Numbered from the stretch's first letter, positions 42,518-56,261 are shown. The stretch is DNA of 64,000 bases from Octopus vulgaris (GCA_951406725.2 OX597832.1:66278001-66342000); one strand, 5' to 3'. The notes: a model not told the origin generated them from the sequence alone. A program made the numbers and translations.

Positions 42518-43858
42518 TTTTTATTTTTATCTAGTTTCAGCTCACAATATGTGGCCATGCTGGGGCACCGCCATTTGGTGTTGCTACATGATTTTACTTC
42601 ACGAATGCTTGTTAGCAATTGCCATTTGGTGCATGAGAGAGTTCGATGCAGCTGCCCTCATCTGCACCTCCTGCCGTCAAGTTGGTTCATCTGGGACACC
42701 TGACAGGAAGAGTTCCAGTTTTATTTTAAAGACATCTGCATTTACCCCATGCACTTTGGCACTATGCAGTGGCACCCACTTCTGGCATTTGTGTAACTCT
42801 CGATGCCAAAGTTTGGGACAAGTTCTTCTAGGATCTTCCAGATGTATATTATGGCATATCTTTCTCGCCTACGCTCTAAGGAATAGAGTCTTAATCTCTT
42901 GAGTATTTCTCAATAGCTTATATGCTGCACAGAGGCTATCTTCTTCGTGTAGCTTCGTTGGATCGCCTCAAGTTCTGAAATTAACTTGACACTGGATGGT
43001 GACCATAGCTGAGAGCAATAGTCAAAGTGGCTTAGGACAAGTGTCCTCCAGAGGACCATCATGGTTTCCTGGTCTCTTGTTCTAAAGGTTCTAAGGATCC
43101 ATCCGGTCAGCCGCCTACATTTCAGTGCCAAATTAGCAACATGCACATGAAAGGTTGCATCATCACTCATGTAAAAACCCAGGTCTCGCACTGATTGTGC
43201 CTCTGGGATTGCAATCCCTCCAGGTCCAGTGTATTTATTGGGTATTGCATTTAGTTTTGCATGCTGATAGCATAAAGCTTCAAACTTTTCAGCATTGAAC
43301 TGCATGCTATTCTTTTCAGCCCACTTGTATATTTTGTCCAGCTCACATTGCAGGTGCTTAGTGTCTTCAGGGTTCTGTATTGCCTTTGAAACTTTCGTAT
43401 CATCTGCATAACTTGTGATCGTGGCTCTCTGCGTGGCTGAAGGCATGTCTGAGAGGGCCATTATGAACAGTAGTGGTCCCAAAACAGTGTCTTGCGGAAC
43501 ACCGCTCACTATTTGTGTGTTAATGGAAGTGGCCCCATTGGCTACTACCACCTGACTTCTATCCTTCAGAAAGTCATGAAGCCATTCTCCCAATTTTCCA
43601 ACTATGCCAAGATCACTCAGTTTGTGACATATCATTCCATGATCGACTTTATCAAAGGCCTTTGCAAAGTCGAGATATATCACTTCCACATTTGAGTGGT
43701 TGAGCAGTTGTTTCAGCACCCAGTCTTAGTTTTGTAGGAGCTGAGTTAAGCAGCATCTTCCTGGTCGGAAACCATTTTGGGTGTCAGGCAGCAAGTCGCT
43801 TTCTTCAAGGAAGGTGATTAGTTTTCTTCGGACTATTCGTTCCATGACCTTGCTGATG
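42518..43858 (-). mobile_element. CR1/L2-group LINE, 5'-truncated (RT domain and 3' end)
   Basis: ORF 42910-43719 has IYLDFAKAFDKVDH, SGVPQDTVLGPLLF, SYADDTK, VRDLG and DYCSQLWSP. The 3' end carries (TTTTTA)n on the + strand. Confidence 0.93.
42910..43719 (-). pseudogene. Reverse transcriptase fragment of the CR1-like LINE
   Basis: 269-aa ORF with canonical non-LTR RT motifs, bounded by premature stops. Confidence 0.9.
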
Positions 43859-44151
43859 TATATATATTTGCTTATTTAGTTAACTATTATCCTTAACCTG
43901 AAGATTGACTATAATTTTAAATCGAATTTATTTCAATTGAATATAAACTTAATTGTAATTCGAATTTAATTGTAGCCATGAAACGCTCCTAGTGTTTTTA
44001 CTTACTATATTATATATTTATCATTTCTTTTATACTTTTTGAGACCTAGTATATAAGTTATATGATTTATAAAAATATATATTATTTGTTATTTATGTAT
44101 TGGTTTATGTCTATCACTGTTTGAGTTGCATAATAGTGGTTTTATCTCTAA

Positions 44152-44195
<44 letters not shown>

Positions 44196-44520
44196 GTCAA
44201 AATTTATAGCCGGCCATAGGATGAGTATTGGTTTCGCAACTATAAAGCGCTTAGCACTAAAGATGACACGTCAGACTCAAGTAGCTGAAGGAGCACAATC
44301 CCTCTACATATAGGGTACGAAATACATAACAGTCCGTTTTTCTTCTAGTTTTAGAAATGTTATGCGCCCACAGCCTTATGAGGCTTACTTCTAATAGCTT
44401 TATAGGTGCGAAACTAATGGTCACTCTATGACGGGCCATAAATTTTCACAACCTAATGCTTTAGAGTGTGCATTTTTCTTGGATATATGAACTACTGACA
44501 TTATATATGTATGTATATAT

Positions 44521-44551
<31 letters not shown>

Positions 44552-44574
44552 AGAGAGAGAGAGAGAGAGAGCGC

Positions 44575-44615
<41 letters not shown>

Positions 44616-45252
44616 TGTGCGTAAAGGTAAAGCACAAGTGTCAAAGTGTAGGAGGAAGCTAGTGAACATCAGCCAGTTAGCAGAAGATCCAAACATCAAC
44701 CTCCATGAACAATGGTGGTTTATTGGCGCAGAAGGCTGGGAATTTTTCCGTTTCAAAGACGGAAAAGGTTATTTTATAGTTCAGAGATAGCAAATGACGT
44801 TGTTGACTATGCGAAGAAATATCCCAAATTTAGCTTATGGAGTAGATAAAATCCAGGTTATATATGCTTTATAGCTAGCGGAACATCGAAAGTATTTATT
44901 ATCCAGACAGGGGACTAGTCATTGTCGTTAGGAAATTTCAAGTTAAGTCGCAGGGGATTCGATCGGAAAAGCATTTAAGAAGACAGACAGACAGACAGAC
45001 AGGTAGATAAATATTCAAATAGAGAGATGGACTGACAGATATATAGATTGATAGACAGATAGAGACACATATATACATACATACATGAATGCATAATTGC
45101 CGCCATATCACTAAATTTGTAGGGTGAACGACGTAAAAGAATCGGATCAGAAAGTGTACACAAACACCCGTGTACATACACGCATCAATACACGTGCTCA
45201 CAAGTACACATAGTTGCATGAAAATATGCATGTATATTTGTATATATATATA

Positions 45253-45294
<42 letters not shown>

Positions 45295-47246
45295 TGATAG
45301 ATTATAGGCACAGTGGTACTCATATTCAATATATTCAATAATACCATCTAATTGATTGCCTAAATTATAAGATATCTCACTAATGGCGTCTTCTTTTACA
45401 GCATATCATTGACGAAATAAAATAGCATGTTTAGTGAAGTTGTTAATAGCCGTTACTCATAATCATCAAAACACGTTTCCGGTATAGTAGCACATCTCTA
45501 CAATATGGCTGCTGTGTACAATTGATTATACCCACACTGCTATTTCCTTGTTACATTGTTAAATCGAGCCAGGGTTAGATGTAAAGCAAATTGAATTTAG
45601 TGTGTTGAAATTAGGTAGTAAAAAAATAAAATAAATGAATATGCAACTAAAGAAACGAAAAATGTAAATAATTATTGCATATTGCTGACTGCTATCACTG
45701 TTTTTCTATTGAAAGTACATTTAACATAAATGAATATTTGTTCTGTTAGCGCAAGGTGAAAATATATTGTAAAACGTATGTAATCCATTAAACAGAATTA
45801 TTTCACCGACCACAAAGAATCAAAAGCAATCGTTATATGAGATACTAAACAATTACAGCAAGGCTCTTCGAAATTTATTATTACTCTATTCATTCTAGCA
45901 GCCACCATATTTCTGTTTCAAATAAAAGGTAAAATAATTTTTTAAAGCCTCTGTTAAAAGATATGTTTTTAACGTAGCGAAGCTGTGGCATTCATATCTT
46001 TTGTGAAGGATTGTATCCATGTTTTTGGGCATATAGAAAATTATTTACAGATACTTTGTCATTCATATTCTTCTATCTGTGAGAATCAGAATAGAACAAA
46101 TGGAATATAGGATAGAACATCAACATGAACAAATCAACAAAGTGCTAATTGAACAATTTGAAGTAGAGAGGTAAAATGGTAATAATTCCAATTTTCTAAT
46201 TTTAAATTTAGAATACAAAACAATCGAACAATTCCACGATAACTACAACAACGACAACAAAATCAATTTGAATGAAAGACAATTCAAACCACAATTGGAA
46301 AGAGGAAAAAATCCACCAAACAAAAAGAACTCGCATCATAAACACATAATGTATTGTCTATTAATGCACATCATAAAACTGATTAGCTAGAAATAGAATA
46401 AATAATTTATTAGAAAACAATAATAATTGTAATTAGAAGATAAGAGAAACAGGTAAAAAATAAAGTAGAAAGTGAATGAGCCCTGAAAATGGTTTTTAAT
46501 GATTTGAAGAATGCTTCAGTTTCTAGAATGAAGAATTGGGAAATATTTTATTACAATACAACGATACGGTAAACTAATAAAATATGGGCGACAATTCCTT
46601 GAACAACCACGTCGAACAATTAATTTTATAGAAATATATCCTGAAGTTTAATGTTTAATGCAATAGCTAAAATCTCCAATTATAATTAATTTTAATGTTC
46701 TTTAGAGTGACCATGTCGACAGTGTATTAATTTAATAATTTGTTACAAAATCTCTACCCTCAATAATTCAGTTGATTTTGTGGTTGTTTTCACTTATGAA
46801 TTTTCTTTCTTTGTTTTGCAGTTCGCATGTTCTGTCTACGGAAAATGTTTTTCAATATATATTTACGTATATTAAATCATTACAATATAAATGACAAAGG
46901 TCCGTATGCGTGTGTCTGCGAGTCAGTGTGATTATGCGTGTGTCTGCGAATCAGTGTGATTATGCGTGTGTGTGTATATATGCTTGCGTGTGTAGAAATA
47001 TGTGTATATAGGTATGAACATTTGAATGCACACACACACACACAACCCCACCCACATGTAGATATATATATATGCATTCAAACGTACAAACGAATGTACA
47101 TATACATCTACACACGCAGGTATACAGACAGAAACACACGTGTATGTGTGTGTGTAGTGTGTATTCCAAGAGGTAAAAGTTCTAAAAGAAAGTTTGTCCA
47201 GATACATTAGAATCCAGCTCTGAAAGAAATGTCTAAGAGTGAATAG

Positions 47247-47420
<174 letters not shown>

Positions 47421-47632
47421 TTGTGGCCAAAATGTTCAGAACGGCATTGTTTTCGCTAGAAAAGTAAGTATAAGTTTTTATCAAAGTTGTTTTGTTCTAT
47501 AATTTTAACACACAATAAATACGATATTACTTGTTATTGTCTGAGATTTTGGATGATTTACTGCAAAACCCATAGCGGCCAAAATGATCAGAACGGTTGA
47601 AAAGATAACAAAATAATCAAAAATGAAATTAT

Positions 47633-48720
47633 TTAATATTTAGTGAGAAGCCCTTTAGCTTCAATCACACTTTGACATCTTCGACTGCATGAAGAAATTA
47701 AATTTTCAATTTCTTGCTAGGTGATCTTATTCCATTCTTCCTGAAGGGCATTCCATAATTGCTCGGTTGTTTTAGGATTTCTGGCTTTCAAACGTTCTCC
47801 TAGAATATTCCACACATTTTCAATAGGATTGAGAGCTGGGCTTTGAGCAGGCCAAACCATAATAATAACCTTTTCAGTCTTGAGGAAGTTCATGACCACC
47901 TTAGCCTTGTGACATGGAGCATTGCCCTGCATGAATATGGCTGGTCGCTTAGTTGAATTTCTCAGCGCAGGCAAGACATGATCTTTTACAAGTTGTTTAT
48001 AAACTCCTGCATTTACCTTTCCATGTAATCGCACCAAAGGGCCCACACCATCTCCAGATATCATTCCCCAAACCATGACATTTCCTTCACCGAATTTAAC
48101 CCTAGTCTTAAAGCATTTAGGCGACAATTTTTCACCTACTTTTCAACGAACGTACATTTTCCCATCTGAGCCAAATAACATAAACTTAGATTCATCACTG
48201 AAATTCACCGTTTGCCATTTTTCTTGAGACCACAATACATGTTCGGTTGCAAAGGTAAGATGACACTTTTTTTTTATTTTTGGAGCTGATCAGTGGCTTC
48301 ACTGCAGGTGATCTTGCTTGTAGGTTATGTTCAACTAAAGGATGTGACACAGTTTTTCGAGATAAAGTTTTCTTCAGTACTATGCTCATTTCCCGAGAAA
48401 CAGCAGCAGCAGTTTTAAATCTGTCCTGTTTAACAAACTTTACCATAGCACGATCTTCTCTCTTGGTAGTTTTTCTTGGCCTACCTGTAGACTTTCTTGC
48501 TTCACATGAACCACAATCATCGAATGCCTTAAGAATACCGTGAACAACACTTTTTGACTTGTTAACAATCTTTGCAATAGACCCAATACTTAAATTATCC
48601 TTCTTTCGAAGCTTAATAATCTGCTGACGAATTGGTAACAAAGTACCCTGCAGATATTCTTACTAATGTTTAGTAAACGAACTATCACGTAAACAAATTC
48701 AAAACATTAGAGTTCGCCAT
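47633..48720 (-). pseudogene. Tc1 DD34E-type transposase pseudogene
   Basis: HTH region with GRPRKTT, FSDESKF, VMVWG, FMQGNAPCH (second catalytic D changed to G) and WPAQSPALNPIENVW. Frameshift at the poly-T near 48270 and internal stops. Confidence 0.92.
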
Positions 48721-48882
48721 TTAAATATACTAAAACACGGAGTAAAAGCAACCGTTCTGATCATTCTGATCGTTGGTTTTGCAGTAAATCACTAAATCAT
48801 CCATAACTTTTGTATTATCCTCTCAAATTACACCAATCTATCAGACAATAACACGCAATATCGTATTTATTGTCTGTGAAAA

Positions 48883-49270
48883 TCTCTCTATATATAAACG
48901 GCAGTTTGTCTGTGCGTTTTCTGTGTGTCTGTTTTCTCGTACCCTCACTCTGACCACGGCTTTCAACCGATTCTGATGAAACTTGACACACGCATAGCCC
49001 AATGTCATAATTTAAAACTAACGCAGCGAAAATTTTGAAAAGTTCCCCCAGTTCTGAAAAAAAAATCGATAAATTCGACATGGGGGGTCGAGAATCAGAA
49101 ACCCAAACCACAGACCGTCTAGGGGACGCAACTCCACCTTTTTTAACTCTCCAAAAAAATTTACCATCATTTTTTTCCCATTTTTTTGCTATTTTTTGGC
49201 TATAACTCTCTAAAAATGCTTTATAGTTATTTCCCTTACAAACCTGAGCAACGCCGGGCGATACTGCTAG
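48883..49270 (+). mobile_element. Non-autonomous Helitron nested in the Tc1 TIR
   Basis: 5' TC, 3' CTAG and subterminal hairpin CCTGAGCAACGCCGGG. Inserted between A and T with no TSD; removing it restores AAAA|TTATAGAA, matching the other TIR. Confidence 0.88.
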
Positions 49271-49352
49271 TTATAGAATATAAAACAACTTTGATAAAGA
49301 CTTATATCTACTTTTCTGACGAAAACAATGCCGTTCTGAACATTTTGGCCGC

Positions 49353-49439
<87 letters not shown>

Positions 49440-49451
49440 CATATATATACA

Positions 49452-49642
49452 TTCGGAGAACCCCTTCGGTCACGAATGACCATGGGATTGCACCTAGAAA
49501 GTTACCCTCGAGGCACAAGCCAGCTGTCGCCGATGCATAACAGCCTGCCCTCTCCACGCCACAGATGTTATCCAAGGGAAAGCCAAAGGCCGATATAGCT
49601 TGGCACCCGTGACGTCGCAACACATTTCTACAGGTGAATGAA
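49452..49642 (-). mobile_element. Probable SINE 3' fragment (a further family)
   Basis: GC-richer block abutting (TA)n; CATTTCTACAGGTGAATGAA resembles the SINE body at 57925-57945. Confidence 0.45.
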
Positions 49643-49675
49643 TATAAATGTGTGTGTATATTTACGTATATATAT

Positions 49676-49875
49676 GGATAAGATCGTTAATTTAAAATAA
49701 AATAACGAACTCATCAAGTGGTCAACCTTCAAAGGTAATAATTAATCAAATTATAAATTGGGATATCTAATTATAATAATTTATAATTTCAATAATTATT
49801 ACCTTTGAAGGTAATTTTTTCCATGCTGACCACTTGATGAGTTCGTTATTTTATTTTAAATTAACGATCTTATCC
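49676..49875. repeat. Long inverted repeat (perfect 49-bp outer arms plus 20-bp inner arms)
   Basis: 49676-49724 is the exact reverse complement of 49827-49875; 49725-49744 pairs with 49793-49812. Confidence 0.95.
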
Positions 49876-50067
49876 TTATTTATATAAATTTAAATTTATT
49901 TCGTCACCGTATTTACTGCGGTGATATATTACCATATAGCACATGAAATTAGCGGGCATTTTGAACTAGCCTTGATGCATACGTGCATACATATGTATAC
50001 GTTCGTATATGTAAGTATTCGTATGTTGTATTTATATATATATGTATTTATATTTCTTTCTGAGTAT

Positions 50068-50126
50068 ATTCTACTGACGAGGCAATGCAATTCTAAATCC
50101 AAAGTCAGAAATACGGGATCTAGAAT
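50068..50126 (+). ncRNA. Type I hammerhead ribozyme motif
   Basis: ATTCTA-CTGACGA-GGC...GTC-a-GAAA-TACGGGA-TC-TAGAAT, with a perfect 6-bp stem I. Confidence 0.6.
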
Positions 50127-50274
50127 TATCCAGTAATTTTTTACTAGTTTCATCTTGTCTCTTTGTATTTTCTTCATGTCGCTGAATGGAAACAATTAAG
50201 GTGGTTTTAGAGTCGGTTCATGGCTGCTATTTTCAGCATGGTGGTATCTCGTAGATACCCTAATTTATAATTTT

Positions 50275-50320
<46 letters not shown>

Positions 50321-53123
50321 GTTTATATATGTACGTGAATGTGTCTGCGTGTATGCATTCATGAATAAATAAATAAGTCAAAACCGTAATAAAACGTTGA
50401 ATGTTTTAAAAGTTGGTTTAAGTTGAATGGAAGCAGACAAAGACGTAATAGATCAAGTAACTTGAAACAGATGCAAACAGATATAAAAGATGGACAGGCT
50501 TCTTCAAAAATTATAGATAACGTTTCATAAATGATACTTTCATGTGTTATAGTAATTAATAATGAAGATGCGCCAGAATGCATACATCCGACTCTTTTGT
50601 GCTGGGTTTTATCGCTTCTTCGAATGGCGCACAGACAGGGCGCAATTATGCGCGTAAAAGAGAAGATTATCTTGACTAAGGAATATGAAACATTGAGATG
50701 ATCTCTATTTAATTTCAACTTCTGTAACCAAAATAATACAGATACAAAATTTAAAATTATATGTTTTAGCTTATAATAAAAAAAATAAGAAATTCTATAA
50801 TAATATCTAATTATATATAAGTTCTCTCTCTTTGTGTGATGGAAACGCGATGGTGCAATGTTATTGGCTCGGACATGCCTAATTGTTTCATTGACATACT
50901 AGATCCTGTACCCGCAAGAATAGGTGAGTAATGTGGTTCTTTTGTAGTTCAATGTGCCTTGAGTTTGAGAAGTATAACACCGACATTGCAATACTATGAG
51001 ACCAAATATTTTAAGGGCTGAGTAGGTTCATGTTTTCTAATTTCATACATCATTTATTCAAGACGTTGGAGTGTGGTATGAAATGCATCTAGTCCGTATA
51101 TCATGGAGGTGAACTCATGACGTAGATCCCAGCAAGCAAACACTATGGATGTGGAGGGAAAGAAGTAAAGAGAAAGAAAAGAAAAGGAGTGAAACGAAGG
51201 GTTGAGATATCATCGCACTTTTGGAATGATCCATCCTTGTGGTTTCCTCTGCAGTTATCATCAAAATATATTGCGATGTCGCTAGAAATTACTTAGCTGA
51301 AAGTAGAGATGGAATGACAAAAATTACAAGCAAAAAACAAACTATAGAAAGCTAAAAGAAAAAAAGGAAAATCAATGTTTGCAGTAAGTAGAAAATATAA
51401 ATTAAACGCAGCAAAAATTGATATAAAATCTTTGTAATAGCTAGTGATATTACAGCGTTATTGTATAAGTTATAAACCATGCTTACATCCGGATATTCAT
51501 TGAAAAGGTTACCGGAAGCAAGCAATGACATGAGACTGATTACAATAGATGATAACGGAAGAGAAACGAAATACGGATCAGATATCAATTTAATATCTGC
51601 TATTATGTAAACAAGATAAAGTGCACACTTTGTTGAAGGGGTAAGAAAATACGCACACATTATACAAATACATAAGCACGCACGGACACATGTATTAAAT
51701 ATATACATACGCAAGCGAAAGAAATATATATAATTCCTAACACATAATAGAAATGTGAATGTTTTTACTTTTCAAAAACATTGTCGAAACATGCGAATGT
51801 AAAAATATAACTATTGATGAAACACAATGAAAATATCGAAAACTATTTGACAATGTCAGCGAGCTTCTGTTTATGTTAAATATTGGTGTGGTGGAGAATT
51901 TATTGGTGACATATAAGGGATCAAATCCATCAAAGTTTGAGGTTTTATTTGATGCTCCTGGTTTTTAGAAAGAAAAATACCAGTGACTTTGCGAATGCTT
52001 GTTTATTCTGCAGGCCATAGTGTCTGTTTGAGTTACCATGTATGAAATGTATATTACACATCAATTACTTAAATATTAATCTTGGCAATGCTAAATTTCT
52101 ATATTGAAGAATGTGGCATGCGATTTATATGTTGAGCTTCAATTCAGCATATATTGATATTGATATATACAGGAAACATAAGAAAAATGTTTGTAGAAAT
52201 CATATATGTGTGCAAACATTAATAAATACATGTGCGTATATATATGTAAAAGTACACTGCTTTGTACATTTGGATATGAACGAATACATATGTGTGGTGC
52301 TCCAGTATGACCACAGTTCAATGACTGAAAGTATTAAAATGATAAAAGGATTTGTGCGGGGGAGAAGTTACCTACTAACTTATTTCTCCAATCTTTTTAT
52401 AAGAACATATACGACATAGACGGCCATGAATTAACTTTATATAGGCGCTGGTTCGGGTATAGAAAGGAGAAGCAGATAATTTAGATCCTTCAGGGAAACA
52501 GCTGCAAAAATATCAAAGGGGTCACTTTAGCACATTATTATATTTAAAAGCTTAATTTCATTCATCGTTATCTTTTGCCTTTTCTTCATCAGAATCTGAA
52601 CTTGAAGATAGAATTGAACAATTTTTCTCTTTTGTTTCTTCTAAAATTTTTTTTATTTTTATTTTCTTTGCATTGTGTTTGTCACTATATCTATCGGTTT
52701 TGTGTTTTGTGCAACTTGCTGAAAATAACACAATAATCTGATTTTTATTCTCACACTGTGCGAAATAATAGTATGATCTAATGGAGGAATTATTTGGAAG
52801 AACAACCTGAAGAAGCGCATCATACCTTTTGAAAGATGATTGTGATTACACAGTACGTTAATTAATGATATCTCACCAATGTACTATGAATATAAATTGC
52901 GCAAAAAAATTAAAGTGATTTTAATGAAAAGAACGTTGTTCGATTTATTATTTATATATTTATATACAATCTAAGGATACTAAAAGATTCTTGATGTAGC
53001 AACGGCATTCCCACATTATGATGATATCCCGTAGCCAATAGTTACGGAAGAACTTTGCCTAAAGTATATAGACAATGCACACATGCTCGTGTATATACAT
53101 ATGTGTATGCGCATGAATGTAGA

Positions 53124-53168
<45 letters not shown>

Positions 53169-53360
53169 TAAGTAATTTAAGGGTTTAGCAACGAATTGCC
53201 TCACCAACACACCGAATTTAGAAATAGCAGTCAAAGAGATATAGCTATTCCTTCTACTAAAAGGGGGATCTCAGTAAAAACACAGCACTTGAAAGGCAAA
53301 CACAGACAGGTAAGAAAGAAAGAATGAAATGACGGCAATCTATCATGCAATTTTAAGTTA

Positions 53361-53452
53361 CCTACGGACGTACGTTTCGAGATCAAGTTTTAGGATAGCA
53401 TAAGAATTAGAAAATTCTACTTTACCCAAACTTCTTCTCTCGTCGGCGCAGG
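53361..53452 (-). ncRNA. Type I hammerhead ribozyme motif (core CCGACGA variant)
   Basis: Minus strand: CCTGCG-CCGACGA-GAGA...TCTC-GAAA-CGTACG-TC-CGTAGG. Confidence 0.7.
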
Positions 53453-53648
53453 ATACCACAATTATGAATAATTGTATATTAAATTTTGAGATACTAGAAT
53501 GCATCATCTCAACTCAGTGTCAGAGCGAGCCAAAGCATGACCAGTACCACGAAATTCAAAGTTTGAATGAAAGTTTGTGTCACCAGCCCCCTTCCACCCG
53601 CGTGTAGCCAAGACAAAATGCTGCGGTCATTTACTGGGATAAAATATG

Positions 53649-53770
53649 GTTATCAGTAATAATAAAGGGTGAAATTAATTAATTAGGGATAATTATCAAT
53701 TACACCAAGTAGATTTCGGCATGTAAAAGCCTATCCCTAATTAATTAATTTCACCCTTTATTATTACTGA

Positions 53771-53774
<4 letters not shown>
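53649..53774. repeat. Perfect 43-bp inverted repeat with 40-bp spacer
   Basis: 53649-53691 is the exact reverse complement of 53732-53774. Confidence 0.95.
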
Positions 53775-53812
<38 letters not shown>

Positions 53813-54063
53813 AGGTAGATTCATTAACTTGTTATATATAATTCAGCAATACGGGAATATGCACGTCTAAAAGGGGCAAACACCATGTAAAATACTCATC
53901 TGAAGATAATTTAGTACATATATTGCTTACCATCATTTTGAAACAATTTTCAGGCAGAACATTCTAAGTAGAATTCAGCAAAACAACATCCCCTTCGTGA
54001 CGGATTAGAGGCAGTTTTCTATAGGCTAACGTGCACACACACACGCAAACACACGTGAATGTA

Positions 54064-54156
<93 letters not shown>

Positions 54157-54528
54157 AAAGATATAACACAATTTTGTACAAAATATGATTTTGTTCTTTC
54201 AACATAATTAAAATAAGGACCGGCTTCTCATTGCTCATCGAGATAAGGGTTAAAAAATAGATTTATTGCCGGGGGAAGCCATATTACTAGGGGAGGTAAT
54301 TGTTCACTCATTTATTTTACACTAGAGGGGAGATAAATTTGTAATATTTATTTTGGGTCTGTATTTTATGCTTGCTTATAATATATTACAATAGAAGGGT
54401 TGTGTCTTATATTTAATATGGATTCATATATAATTCTGTTAATATCTTTCAATAAATGAGGCTGCTTTATACAGACTTGCTTGTATTCAGTCTTACATGT
54501 ACTTGTATTCAGTCTGACAAAGAATATA

Positions 54529-55362
54529 CATCGTCTGATCAATATGTGTCCGGACTGTTGCCATTGTAACGAAGCTAAACCAGGCAGAGTGAGCTGCTTG
54601 GCACAGGTAAACTCTGTCCTGCATGCGCACTAAGTTTTGATGTCCTGTCTTACTTCCGCTATTTAAAGCAATACTTTGAAGGAAGGTGTGTAGCGTGTGC
54701 TCGTCGCATTAACATGACAGAGGAAGTTGATCAGAGATTCTGCATCAAATATTGTCAAAAGCTTGGCGATACCTGTTCAGAGGCTTACGCAAAGTTTTAA
54801 AATAGTTTTCATCAGTCTTGACAGATTCAAGAAGATATTGAGCAACTGAAACTCTATTGTCCATTTGGTCAGCTGAATGAAGTTTTAACACGAACTTTGC
54901 AGACGCCCGTCTCATATCCAAAAAGGTCAGTGATTATGGACTGAACCGTAACTAATCTGCACATACCCTACTATCTCACGGGTGGCGATTCGACGATCTC
55001 CCCTCAGAGCTGCACGCACATCTGCGATGTTTTTTCTCAGTCCTGCTGGATGCGGTTCTCCGAGAATGTTTGTCTCAGAACGGCCGTCTTGGAAACGTCT
55101 GAACCACTCGTACACTTATGTACGGCTCTTACACTCATCTCTATACACTTTCTGCGTGGGCCTCTCAGCAGGTATCGCCATGGCAACTTATTCCTTCATG
55201 GTCAATACGATGATCATACGCTACACACCTTCCTTCCAAGTACTGCTGTAAATGACAGAAGTGAGCTAGAACGTTAAATTTTACGGCGCATTCACAGCAA
55301 TATTTGTCGAGCGGCTTTACTCTGCGTGCTTTAGAGTCGTTACTATGGCAACAGTCCGGATA
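54529..55362. mobile_element. Mariner-derived fold-back element (two 5' ends in inverted orientation)
   Basis: CCGGACTGTTGCCAT..GAAGGAAGGTGTGTAGCGT..GGCGATACCTG occurs on both strands. Transposase N-terminal remnants MTEEVDQRFCIKYCQKLGDT (+) and VYEWFRRFQDGR..ISYGSVH (-). Confidence 0.8.
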
Positions 55363-55536
55363 TTTATACATATGTGATTATATATATATGTATGAATATA
55401 TATATATGTTTTTGTGTGTATGTGTGAGCGCGTGTGTGTGTATGTGAGTATGTACATGTGGGGGAATGCGTATGTATATAAAATATAACATTCATGTGTA
55501 TATATACATACATGTCTCTCACTCTCTCTCTCTATG

Positions 55537-55587
<51 letters not shown>

Positions 55588-56115
55588 ACAGATAGAAAAA
55601 TGATACACATGTGTGGGTGGGGGTGTGGGTGTGGGGTGTGGGGGGTGGGGGGTGTATTTGTGTGTGCGTGTTTATACTTGAAGAAAATGATATCAGAAGC
55701 TATTTTTTTTTAAATGAAGGATGTAGTATATATAGAAACAACAAATTGAAAATGCTATACATATCTACACTTAACCCTAAACACCCACACATATTTGTGC
55801 AAAAAATATGCGAAAAATTACAAGAAAAAAGTCACAAACATATTTAAATATCAACGAGGCTTCACAAAAGGATGTATTTCAATCATGAATTTTAACAACG
55901 CGTTGAATAGGAGGATTATACTTTTGAAAAATTTTATTCGAAACTATTTCGCACTTTTTACCATATATTGATAAACTAACACACTTTAGCAATTGTATTT
56001 TTGTCATATCTTCAAGAAAATAAGATGTTTTTCAAATGAACTAATCTCATGTAATATAGTCATATAAATGTGGAAAGCTACTGTTCGCTATACGTTTATC
56101 ACAAGAATTTCCGGT

Positions 56116-56205
<90 letters not shown>

Positions 56206-56261
56206 TACAACCGTATCTGTTTTCTTTTGTATATATTCATGAATGTATGAGTGTGCGTGTG

